From the NCBI RefSeq assembly GCF_036321535.1, contig NC_087436.1, positions 104,472,001 to 104,536,000 of the forward strand: a stretch of 64,000 bases of DNA, in the 5' to 3' direction. The notes beneath the pieces are model-generated. The model was not told where the DNA came from and did no database searches. It worked only from the letters and a program-made list of their open reading frames with translations. Shown in pieces: positions 38,025 through 50,500 of the stretch. Position numbers and translations under genes: made by a program. How positions within the stretch are numbered: the first letter of the stretch is position 1; each line of letters starts with the position of its first letter. The stretch is from Camelus dromedarius (lineage: Eukaryota).

Positions 38025-39861
38025 CAGTGATTTCTATGACATAACCTTTCTGGAATTCTATAAACATAGGATATTCAACACGGGTTAACCACTTGTCTAG
38101 AAAGGAAAATAAGCAGACAGTTGCCCACAGAGTACATCTTACATTTGGACTTCTATGTGTGCCAAGAAAGTGATCCAAGGAAGTGATCGCCTTGAGTGCC
38201 TGTCTGAATAATAACAGAACCTTGAAAGCAGTATTGCTATTTTAAATGGATGTTGCTTGTTAACAGAATGCTCTTTCTTTTGTTGTGACCTTGATCTTCA
38301 GAGAGGGTGTGGTAGGTAGCCAACTGCAAATATGAAGCTTGTATTAGGTGCAAAGGAAAATATTCTACTTGGGAGAAAATAGAATGTAAACATTAATGTC
38401 ACTGGTTAAAATAAAATCATTTGTCATTCATCAAGGTAAAGAGTAAGATTCTAATTGTTCGTATATGGCAGCTTCCTTAAAACATTTATGAAATAGAGTG
38501 GAGAACAGATGAGTAAATAAATGCCCTAGTGCTTTTCTTCCCTAAGCCACTAGACTGCCACTGAGCATGATTAACATTGCTCTGACACAGGGACACCATG
38601 CACAACTTTAGACTTAGCAGCTACATTCAACAGCTGAGTTTCAGGCCCAGTTCTACTCCCAGCTCCCTAGTGCTGAAGAAAAAGAGCCTTGTCAGAGGCG
38701 GGGTAGGTAGGGATGTGACTAATAGTTTTGTGTTCCTATAATTATAATGGGAGATCACTGTGCTCAATATGAGCATCTTTTCTATTCTACAGAAGCAACG
38801 ACATCAGGAAGCCATGCCACGACTGGTGATTACAGAATCTGCCATTTCAAGGCGTCCAATTATTTCCTCTAAACTCCACTCACGATGGACTCAAAGGCAG
38901 GCTCTTCAGTGGAGGCAGAGGGAACACTTTCACTCCACTGCACCCTTCTGGACTCCTCTGGGCTCATTCATTCAGGTGTTGTCATAGCAGTTCTAAATGG
39001 AGAAGAATCTGTTTTCTCAATTACTGATATCAAATAAGCATCACAAGGGTGAAGTGATTTACTGTGGTTATATGGTTACACTATTCCTCTAATTGCGCCC
39101 CTGGGGTAACTCTCCAGCACCACGGTCTGAATGTGAGGCCAGCAGAAAGGCTTAGGAATTCCTTAAGGGGCTCCTTTCCCTTCAGACATCCTTAAATTGT
39201 ATAATTATCGGACGAGCAGGGACCAAGGTGGTGAACACCTATAACCATTGCCCTTCCTTTGAGCCCCAAATCAGCTCTGTGATTGATTCCTTGATGCAGC
39301 CTGGCCAACAAGGGTGGAAGGGACCTCCAGCTGACTTGCTTTTTTCATAGAACCAGTTCTGAGAAGTGGGTATAGGAGGGTAAAGTGGGCCTTTGGAATC
39401 CCTCACCTGTTACCTCCTCTGCTGCCGTGAGCATTTTCTCTCACCCCTATCTCATCAGTGTTCTGTCCTGTGCTCCATCACGTCAGAGCCAACTCTCTGC
39501 TGTCTAAAAAGACGAGACAGTTAAAGCAATTTACACTGTGAATGGGGGAAGAAGCACTTTTCTTCCCCATACATGTGTGCACCCACACACATCCACACTC
39601 ACACCCTTTCCTCCTGCATAGCAGCCACACTTGTCATCTCACCCAACAAAGTCATTCTGATGGAGGAAATGTAAGCCTAATGGAAGAGAAGAAAAAATGA
39701 ACTTGTCATTTCCCTACTTAAATGTTTTCAGTTATTTACAGCACTTCATCCCAAAGCCCAAACTACTCAGTTAAAGGAAATGTCTAGAAAGGCTCATAGC
39801 TAGGAAGGGCAAAGCCTGGTGAGCAGGGCAACACCTATCTAGGTGCTCAGTGGTTCATCTT

Positions 39862-40037
39862 TTTATTATTTTTTATTTTATTTTTCAACTTACTATTGCA
39901 CTATTTGATTATTTTATCTTGGCAGGGGTGGGGGAGGTAACTGGGTTTGTGTATTTTTGGAGGAGGTGCTGGGGATTGAACTTAGGACCTCCTGCGTGCT
40001 AGGCATGTGCTTTACCACTTGAGCTATACCCTCCCCC
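39862..40037 (-). mobile_element. Vic-1-type SINE
   Basis: TSD ctca(g/a)tggttcatctt at 39846-39861 and 40039-40054. Confidence 0.9.
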
Positions 40038-42176
40038 ACTCAATGGTTCATCTTCGATTCCTGTCTTTTTGTCATCAACCCTATGCAATCCATCGGCAAG
40101 TCCTGTGGGTTCTATCTTCAAACTGTACCCTACATGTAATAATTTTTACCATCTACCCATTACATCCTAGTTCAGGGCACCATCACCTCTTTCTAGGTAC
40201 CTGCACTGCCTTCCCACCTTCTCCCTCCTTCTCCTCTACCCACTACCCTCTACAATCCATTCTCTGCAGAATATCCCAAGTGATCTCTCAAAAATGTAAA
40301 TCAAATCATGTTACTTTTAAGTTTAAAACTTCCCATATACAAGTCTGTTACTTTTCTTATTCCTCAAGCATTTTGTCATTGTAATTAGCATTGAAAATCC
40401 TTTCACCACCAAAGCTGTGTGCTGTCCTCCAGGATACAAAGAAGCTGGGAGCTGAGGACACTCCCTTCCAGAGGCAAGAGAAAGGGTGGGTGGCGATTGC
40501 TATCAGAGGGAAGAAAGCTAGCAGAGCCTCGAGGGCCTGCAGCCAACGGAGAAAGGAGGATGCTGAGAGCTGACGCAGGCCTGATAAGGGGTCCAGGCTG
40601 AGCCAGAGAGGACCCCTAACATGCCTGTGAGGCTCTACAAGTGTGGCTTCTGCCCCTGTCTCCAGCCGTTCCTCCCATTCTCACTCCCTTCCCTGAGTTC
40701 TGGGCTCCAGCTATATTCAAATGTCTTTCCTTCCTGAATGTAGGAAGACCTCCTTGCCTTGCCACTCCTTCTATCTGCTCAGAAGGACTTTCACTAGCTT
40801 TTCTTCTTGGTAAATATTTGCTCAGTTCACACAATTCCCTGATAGACTTTTCCCCTTCACAATTTAGTGTCTTCATTTTCCCTGTTGCTCTGAAGTTGTA
40901 TGATTGTTAAGCCTCTTCTGTTACTCTAAATGACAACTTTTCATAACATCTTCCCAGTAGTTTTCCAACTTTTGGAGTTTTCTATATGCCATGAAAATTA
41001 ATACTCACAATTCTATTTGATATAAAAAAAAAGATTATGCTGAACGATGTCCTATTAAATCAGAAAGGCAATGCATTGTTAAGGCTAATGCAGATGTTGG
41101 CCAGTGGACCAGAAGAGCATCTAAATATACTAGTCAGTCTGACAAGTAGCTTCTCCACACTAATTGCCTCCTTTTCTGGACCCTGGATTATTGCACAAAG
41201 AGTAACACTCATTTCTCTTTTCTTTTCCCATGCACATTCATTCTGTCTCTTTGCAACACTTCTCTACCAAGTATTGTGGAAATATAGGTAATAAACAGAA
41301 AGCAAAACCTTGTAAGTGAATATCTATTTGCTCAGGGCACATAAATAGTGTTCAAGAAGAATGCTTTTTATTTTTTTAACTAAAGGATTATTTACTTTAT
41401 TATCTACCTACTTCATCGAAGGAAGACCGACTGGTTTAAAACAGAAATAAGGGCTATTAATTTTTATGCATTTCATTCACAATTCTATTCTAGAAGGAGG
41501 AGTCCCATTAATAAATGGAAATATTTATAAGTACTATAATATCTAAATCAGAGTATACGAAGTCCTGTTCTTTGGGGTGAGTATTTAGAGTGTATTTTTC
41601 AGCTGAATGGAGAGATACTGACAGGACCAGAGTACTTGGAAGAAGGCACATTATCACTGGAGCTAAACTTGAGTTCTTTTATAGCAGGACTGGACAGCTG
41701 CTTGCACCTGCCTGAACTTTTTTTCAGGCTGAAGTTATCTCTTCCAGGATCCTATGTCATGCGGCATAAAGCTTTGGTTTCAATCAGTCACTAACACAGG
41801 AGCTTGGATATACTTGAAATTCCTTTTGGGGAAAAAATTGGCCAAGGCTTTTGGCAGCATAGCTTCTCACACCCAGGCCAAAGTGGGCTGGCTCTCCATG
41901 GGGACAAGAGTGCATATTGGTATCTCACCCTTAAAGTCACAGAATCACAGCATTTGTACCCAGAAAGGGACTTTAGAGTTCATGTGGTCCAACTTACTTT
42001 ACATTTTTCTATAACATTGTATTAGTGTTCCTTGCTCCCTTATAGCAGATAGCTGAAACCCTTCATTTAGTTGACAAGATAGAACATTAGAGGATGTGAA
42101 GATAAAGAAATGAGATTTAGCAGGTCATTCAAGCAGCCTCACTTATGATTCCTGATACTTAAGGTAGTCCAGCAGT

Positions 42177-42283
42177 GGGGAGGGTATAGCTCGGGGTTAG
42201 ATCGCATGCTTAGCATGCACGAGGTTCTGGGTTCAATCTCAGTACCTCCATTAAAAAAGAAAAATTAAAAAAAAAATGTTTTA
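42177..42283 (+). mobile_element. Vic-1-type SINE (short form)
   Basis: TSD aag(g/a)tagtccagcag at 42161-42175 and 42284-42298. Confidence 0.9.
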
Positions 42284-43179
42284 AAGATAGTCCAGCAGAC
42301 AGATTAACCATTTTTCATGTATATTCTCCAAGTACCGTTTCTTAATTTATAAAGGAATTAGAAGATGATGTGCCCTGGCCATGTTTTCCTTAGCCTCTTG
42401 CTCAAATATATTCATCAAGTTAAAGGTGATGTATGTCCTCTCTGTGTATATATACAGGGTTGAAAATGAGACTGTCTTCCGTACAAGCAGGATTGAAGAT
42501 ACCGACCACGATGTCAAGTGGCGTTATCTCTACACAGATCCATGTGCTAAATTCCTTCTTGAACTTGATTTCGGGCGATGATAACTTGTATGCTCACGCT
42601 TGTCAGAAAGTGAAACCCTGTAACCTATCATGTTTCTCTCCACCTTCCCTGCCAGAAAAATGCGAACCGAAGTCATTGCCAAGTGTGGTAATCTGATCAA
42701 CTCTGGTGCCTAGAAGTATTTACTCCTCCTACTTTCTTCCTAAATACTTCATTTGCAGACTGCCTCAAGTAATTTTAGAAGTATGTAAATTGACAATAGA
42801 TACTGAAATTAATAAAACAGGAAAAATAGGCAGTAAAGAATAGTCAAACTCACCAGGGACACTTGTCGGTGCAAAGGCCTTTTTGCCAATTTTCCCATTT
42901 GAAGGGTTGTGAAAAGAGCTTGTGTTTTGTGTCAGAAAACCTGGTTTTCATTCCCAGCTATACAACTCACTTGCTGAATAACCTTATAAAAATCATCTAG
43001 TCTTCATTTCCTAATTTCTAAATGGGGATATTAATGTTGTCAATCCACTGGGTTGTTGGGACAACCAAACTTGAGAAAACATGGGAATATGCTTTCTAAA
43101 CAGTGAGTCACTCTAGAAATGTTCCTTACTGTGACTTCCATACCCTTGCAGTGCTGGTCCAGTCTACTTTAACCGGCAC

Positions 43180-43744
43180 GTGATATTTATGGGGGTTTTC
43201 AAACAAGTTCACAAATTCATAAGTAAATTCACAAATTTGTTGATATCCCTCCTTTTAAGGGGTCGAGCTCCATTTCTTTTCCATAAGAGTGTGGGCTGTG
43301 TTTAGTAACTTGTTTCCAGCAGATAGAATGTGCCAGACGTGACAGAGTGACTTGCAAGACTGGGTCATTAAAAACTTTGTGGCTTCCTTTTTGCTCTCAC
43401 TCTTAGATCACTCAAGAACGGGTGAAGCCAGTTGCCAAGTCCTGAGAATATTTAAGAAGCCCTACAGGGAAGGCCATGTGATGAACAGCTCAAGTCTCTT
43501 GCCAACAGCCATGTGAGCGTGCCATCTTGGAAACCAACCCTTTGGCCTCAGTCAAGTCTTCAGAAGCCTGAACCCCCAAACAATTTCTTACCTACAAACT
43601 CCTGAGAGACTCCCAAGTCAGAACCATGCAGCTAAGCCACTTCCGGATTCCTGACCCTCAGAAACTCAGTAAGAGAATAAATGTGCATTCTTGCTTAAAG
43701 CTCCTAAATTTGTGGGTACTTTGTCACAATAGGTAACTGATAAA
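43180..43744 (+). mobile_element. MLT1F-like MaLR solo LTR
   Basis: gccaacagccatgtgagcgtgccatcttggaa..gtcagaaccatgcagctaagccacttccggattcctgaccctcagaaact..aataaatgtg. Confidence 0.8.
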
Positions 43745-44859
43745 ATGTCTACAGTTACCTGTCTATCCTCTTGGAGAACACTGTGAGGACAAATAGCAGA
43801 ACTTGCTCTTCCCAGATGTTGTTATTAAAGGAAATTCTAGTGCCCCAACACCTTAGAATCATTGCATTGGAAATCACGTCAGAGTCATGTGGTTCAATTC
43901 CCTCATTGTGCAGAGGGAAAACTGAAGCAGAGAAATTAAATGAGATGCTCAAGGACATTTAAGTGAATGGCAAACTTAGGGCTAGACCCTTCCCTAGTCA
44001 TCTTCTTCCATTTTATGTCATCTTTCTTTTCCTTTCTTTCTTTTCTGTTCTTAATGATCTAAAAAGCTCCTTTGTTTTTGAGCAGAGATCTAAGAATACG
44101 GGTAAAATGGTTCAAAACCAATACTCACTTTTTCCTGCCAGACCATGCTATTTTTCCTTGGCTTTTCTCCACTTGAAAACATGCCAACTAGAGTTTTTAG
44201 CTTACAACATCCTTTTACAAAAGAAAGGATGCCCCTCAGATAAGGAAATTACACAAACTGAATTAATGTTGATGTAAACACCTGCTGTTTGTAAGATACC
44301 GTACAGAATCAAAGAAGATTAACTCCAAATTCCAGCCCTTAAAGTCCTCACAATCTGGTAGGAACAGGATGTTCTAAGCACAATCAGAACAATGAATTAT
44401 GGGATATTGGGGGACAGAGAGATCACATGTAAGATAGAAAAATATATTTAGCCAAGAGCCCACAGTACATGTTCTATAATCACTTTCCCAGAGTGATGAC
44501 TAAAGGCAGTCTTTGAAATTACTATACTAGGATAAAAAAAAGAAAATACTTTGAAGATTTTAGAATAAACACTTAAATGGACTCTTAGTGGGTAATTTTG
44601 TTCACATATGCAGCAAACTAGCATCAGAAGCTGTGCTAAGCTCTGGGAATACATGTAATAATTTATATTCAGGCAAGGATGGCTCTAGAATTTCTGTGTA
44701 AGAGAAGATTGAGGAAGTAGCAATCTGGGTGGAAGATGGTGCTGGGGATTTTTCTGGAATCTGCATTTGGTAACATGCTATTTTTACATAGGGGTTCAGT
44801 GAGGACTTCAGAGTTGATGGCAATCACGACCCACGGAGCCACTACCATGGATAACATAT

Positions 44860-45152
44860 ATGCTATAGATAATGATGTTTGTCTTTGGCCACCAAATTAT
44901 AGCCACCTCCCTTCTCTCACAGTCTCTCTTTGCAAGCTGTGGAAAGAACCAGGCTGTAATATTTGTTTGCTAAAATGTCAAGACAGATCTTGGAGCAGAC
45001 TCTCTGAAATGACAGTGGGGGATTTTACCACATCTACTGATAGAGATACAGCTGTTCCTGTACTGGAGACAGGTGGAATGAAGAGGGGTAGAGCTAGTAG
45101 ATGTTTATGGTAAAAGTTGGGGCTGATTGGTTATGCAGCAATAGAACACTGA
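44860..45152 (+). mobile_element. Degraded MLT1-type LTR fragment
   Basis: Ends ttggggctgattggttatgcagcaatagaacactga, typical of an MLT1 3' end. Confidence 0.45.
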
Positions 45153-47448
45153 AAGAAGGTGGCAGATCCTGTTAGTTCCAGATCGCCAGGGCCTGGGCAC
45201 CACCATAGTAGTGGTGGTCTGGGGCTTCAGAACACTTTTCTGGGGGTGTGGATGCTATGCAGAAATGCCATTCTAGAGTCTGGTCACTGAGATCCATGTT
45301 TGAAGGAATATTTAAGCTTAACTTGTTTTAGGGATAAAGGCTACACAATAGGCTTTCTCATCCCAAATGAAACAGAAAATATAAGTTGATATGAACCAGA
45401 TATGATACTTTGGGACAGTCTCGACTTGGTAATGTCAATTTCTAACCAAATAGTTGTTAGTTGCAAAACCAGAATTTATTTCCACTAGGTAGGAAGTCGG
45501 GGGGCTGAAAAATCTTAATTACTGTAGGGGGTTTGTTAGTAAGCAGAGGACAACCTTTACAAACCCAACAACACAGCTATTAAGGAAATGCTCTATAGTT
45601 CGTTCCGATGAGTGTGAAGCCAGTTGCCCTGTATTCTGTAAGCTTTTTTCTCTTCAAGCCTTGTTTCTCACTTTGGGATTTTGTAGGTAGCATAATACAA
45701 CAGTTGAATAGTACTATTCAACAGAACTTTCCAGTCTGAGAGGTGCTTTTAATAGTCATGACTATATTTAATCCTTTAATTTGGATATATTGATTAATTT
45801 GGGTATTACGAGAAAATGAATATGTTGGAGTAGGGTGGCCTATTCAACATTTACCTCTGACTTAAATCTTCTGGATGTCTTACCAAACCACCAAAATCAC
45901 TGTATTAAAAAGCTTATTTAAATGCATTTAGTAGGAAAGAAGAGAAAATCAATAGCTTCTGACTCCTTTTGCTTTAGAAAATCCTGTAAGAGATCTTTAT
46001 TTTAAAAAAATCAGAGTCTACATTTAAAGAACGAAAGAGCAATGTTTTCCTGGTCTCAACTAAGTATTTCCTTCTACTATAATGTCAAACTGTCAAGAAA
46101 TAGATCAAGCTCATTTGATATGTTATCACTTAAATTTCTTGGATACATATTTGAATATGAAATCTATCATTCAACTCTCTGTCTCTTGTATTAGTTTATT
46201 TTGGTTTTTTTTTTTTCTCAGATGATTTTGGTTCATGTTCTCATATTTACCTAGAAACTGGAAAATAAAATACAAGTGCAATCTCATAGTAGCATGGGGA
46301 TTTTAACATAGTGTTGACATTTTATCCCAGAAGAGATAAATGCACGGGACATGGACATGTTCTTTTTCAAGGATTTACTTCTCTTGGTGACCCGATCGTA
46401 CTGTCTGTAGCAGAATTCCTTTTTAGATGATTCATAGGCAAGATTTACATTAGCAAAAAGAAAAGGAGGATTAAGGATGAAGGCAATTATTTATGTCTCA
46501 TAAATCCCTTGAGAATTTGATAAAACGATGACCTTCTTCCTAGATAAACACATACACATCACGTTTGCATGGAAATTTGTGGGAGGGAGGCCCTCCCTGG
46601 TCTGGATAATTTGGAAAGGATGAAGCTCTTTCTTTGAAAGAGCTCTGTAACTCAGAAAAAGAAGATTAAATTAGAACAAAAGGGTTTTAAGAAATAACAT
46701 TATAAGACCAAGACTAAGAACTATTAAATTAGCATAACTCTTCTGTCCAGACCTTAAGAAATTAGGAGTCTAATGTCTATGATTTACTTGTAGCCAGTTG
46801 AAGGTAGGGGATAGACTTATTGGATATTTCCATCTTTTTGATTTCCCTATTCTGAAGATAAATATACATCTCGCTTATATTATATTTTTTCATTGGCTGC
46901 TAAAGCAACCCGCAGAGTATAAATCTTTTTTAAACACTAAATATTTTATAATTATAACAATAAATAAGCCAGAGAGAATTTTAAAATGATGTAGTAGAGT
47001 GGTTTCAAACTTTTTTTTTTAAGCAATGGGTTCTCAACAGTATCCCAAAATATAACAGATTAAAATGGCATTTTTAGCATAAATCGTTTTTTTATATGTT
47101 AAAAGTAAAGCTCCTCATTATAATGTCATTTCAAGGAGCTGTTTTTGTTTAACAAAAACAGTTAGAAATAGGACTTAATGGAAAATAGTTACAGCCTCAT
47201 CCTCCAATGTATTTCTGTATTTAGCTTTGGTTACTCAATAAATACCAAAACAAGTCTGATTTGGATATAAATGTAATTGCAAATGGTAACAATTTTTATA
47301 AATAGTCACCTTTTGATGTCAGGATGTTCTTCAAATAAAGATGGGATTAAAGACTTTATTCAAAGTCTACATAAAATCTAGATAGCATATGTGAAGTCTC
47401 CAATTTCTGAAAATTTAGTATATAACTCATTGAATATGAATTTGCTTT

Positions 47449-47597
47449 AAATTTTAAAAACTTGTAATAAAATACATATAACAGAAAATTTACCATTTTA
47501 ATCATTAAGTGTGCAATTCAGTGGCATTAAATATATTCACGAGGATGTGCAATCATTACCATTATCCATTTCCAGAAGTTTTTCATTATTTAAAACC
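47449..47597 (-). mobile_element. L1MB-type 3' end
   Basis: aaaatttaccattttaatcattaagtgtgcaattcagtggcattaaatatattcac. TSD atttgcttt at 47440-47448 and 47598-47606. Confidence 0.75.
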
Positions 47598-50500
47598 ATT
47601 TGCTTTTTTTTAAAGATTTTCCAGTTTACTTTTTAAATTAATTTATTCCACTGCCCTCCTTTAGGAAGATTCACATTAGAAAGGTGAATTATCAGTCATC
47701 TAATCCACATCAGTAATGGGAAATCGCTGTTTGCAGGGTATTGGAAATATTAAGACTAGGAATTCCTCATGTAGGTTTGTCATTCTACTCCTGCCCCATC
47801 TGAGTATGACAGCTAATCCAGAGCAGGACTCCCCAGGGAGACTGTCCCCTGATGGTAGGGGCCACTCTGACCCCACTCTCCTAACTAGAGGGAGGATGAA
47901 GCTGTGAGTGGGACTTCTGGTAAATGCTTTGTCTGGCATTAATCAAACCATTTGCTTTTCATAACTAATTTTTAAACAGTAAAAAATGAAATTTGAATCA
48001 AATGTTTGTAAAGCTACAAAAACACTTCCATAGAAGAGTTTAAAAAGTATGTTTCACTCAGTTTCCTGAGGCTCAGAGAATGATCTGGTCTGGACATTTG
48101 CCACTATCCATGGTTAGGCCAGGGCAGGTATGGGGCTTTCCTGGCCGTGGAACAGAGCTGATTTTCCTCTTCTGCCCTTCCATCCCAAGGAGCAACATCT
48201 CTTTATGATTTTAGTACTTAAAATACAGTTTCACCTCCACTCGCCTGAACCCTTTCACCTCTCTCTACCTGAAAATGAGAAGTTAAAGTGTGGCATGCGA
48301 AAACCTGCTATCTTCTTGGGAGGTTTTCTGAAATTCATCACTGCTTGTCTAGTCTGGTCTTAGAATCATCCTAAATTAAAAGCAAGTCTAAGCGACTCTG
48401 AGAATTGGTGTAAACATTTCAAATATCTTTTGCAGAACAGCCTGCTATGCAAGACTTGTCTTCTGTGAGTGGCCCCTCTGTTCATGGCTAGTTGCCGATC
48501 ACCAGCCTCCTCCACCCCACCCACCCTTCTGTTCAATCAGGTCTAGTTTAGTGATGTTTATTAAGAACTACCAGGTCAGACAGACATTGGCCACAAACAG
48601 TTAACATTTATTGAGTGCCTACTGTGTGCCAGGCCATTTTTCATCTATTAGTAAATCCTTCTCAGCATTCCAGATCGCCTACATACGTATTTGTTCTTCA
48701 AATTGTCCTTTCAACTGGTTGTAACATCTTTCTGGTTCTCTCATGAATTAACGAGTTAAAGTCTTTAGCACATACTCGTTTTATATTTGTATGAGAGTCA
48801 TGGTTTTATCTTTCTTTCTTTTTTTTTTTTGGTTTATCTTTCTGAAAATTATATTTTAACACCTTATCTTTAGACAGAAAATTGAAGATGAATAGGAAGT
48901 ACATGTGATAAAGTAACTAGAAAGCAAAGAGAGCAAAGAGAGGATAAAAGGCCAAAATCACTGAAGAGGTTCTACTTAGAATGTCGAAGTCTTGGCATTC
49001 TCCGGCACAATACTATATACACTGCTTAGCACCTAGTAGGTGCACAAGAAAGATTCAGCAAAGGAGCTAGCTTGGGAAACAAGCTATATATTTTCATATA
49101 TATGAAATATGCACGTAAATATGAAATAAGCAGCAACTAGGAAAAAGAACATGAAGATATCACGTACAAATAACTTGTAAAGATGACATGGATGCTGAGT
49201 CCAATTTTTAATAGCATGACAGAAACCTATAGGGAAAAGTAATACATTTAGAAACCCTAAGTGTGCCAGCAAAATCCTTCCTCTGGGCTTTTGGGGCTAG
49301 AGCAGGTCAGGAGAGCATTTCTCTCAGGGAAGAATGTAAGCCCATATGTCCAAGCTAAGTCTCTCCCTTCTGCTGACATTTGCCATCTTTTCCTGTATCA
49401 CTGCCATCCTAGATAGTTTTAAATCCTATAAAAGAAATGAACAGGCTGTGTACCCTTCACATCATGTTCTTCACAGATCAAGTTTTCCCTGGCGCTTTCC
49501 TGGCTTTCTTGGGCACCTGCAGCCTGGCCAGGCTGGCACTCACCTAAGCAAATCTCAAGGGTAACCCACAAGGGCCATGGATTGGAGAAGCCAGGCCCCA
49601 CAGCCCTCAGGTTTGTGGCCTAGCTCCAGACCCAAGAAAGGAGAGAGGCTCTTGTCTGGTGGTACAAGGGGTGGAGTAGAGATTCCTAAATCATTAACTA
49701 AGGAATTCCATAAATGTTGGATTTTTCATGAAGGCTAGTGTTACAGAGTGGGATCAGAGCCCAATTTTTACAAGTTTGGCTTTTTTGCTTATATCATGTG
49801 GCCCAATGATTCTGTTCCGGCCAAGATAGAATACGATCCAGACAAAAAGGAAAAAAAAAAAAAGTCAAAACCGATTTCACAGGTTGAAGAAGAAAGATAT
49901 TTGACTCTGCCCTTGCTGCAAGGGACACAGAGAGAAAGATTTCTTTGCTAAATAACCTTTCTCCAAAGCTACAGGGACACTAAACCTAACACTCAAAGTA
50001 TGTAAAGCTTTTTTTAAACACAGTATGTGCTCAATTAAACATCAAACGATCAAAGCCGCTACTGTAGGTCTGATGTTATGGTGACGTCAAGACTTGTTTA
50101 TTTTTTTCTCCCCGACTTAAATGATTCAAAGTGTTTCACATACAGCATTTAACCAGCAAGTCCAGGAAAATGGAAAAGTAATCATCAGAGACAGCATTCC
50201 AGTGTGTTAACAGCAAAGCAAGTACAAGCCTAGAGCCCAAGGCCACTTTAGATTTTCCATAGATTGCATCTTAATAGACTTCTGTGGATTCACCAGGTCT
50301 TGTAGCATCCACCCTCACATCCAGCCTGCCTGGCCTGCAAAATCCCTGAGCCTCAGGGCTCCCCAACATGCTACAATTTCTAAAGCTTTGTTTTAGTCAC
50401 CGTAAGGAAAGAGCTTTAAATTCCCTACAGCTTCAAAGTTAGCACGCCACTCAGTCTTTCTCGTGAGCCATTAAAACTATGTGGTTTGGAGAAGAGGTGA

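Noticed and set aside
39090..39110. Possible CTCF motif GCGCCCCTGGGG
   Set aside because: Only the 3' half matches the consensus.
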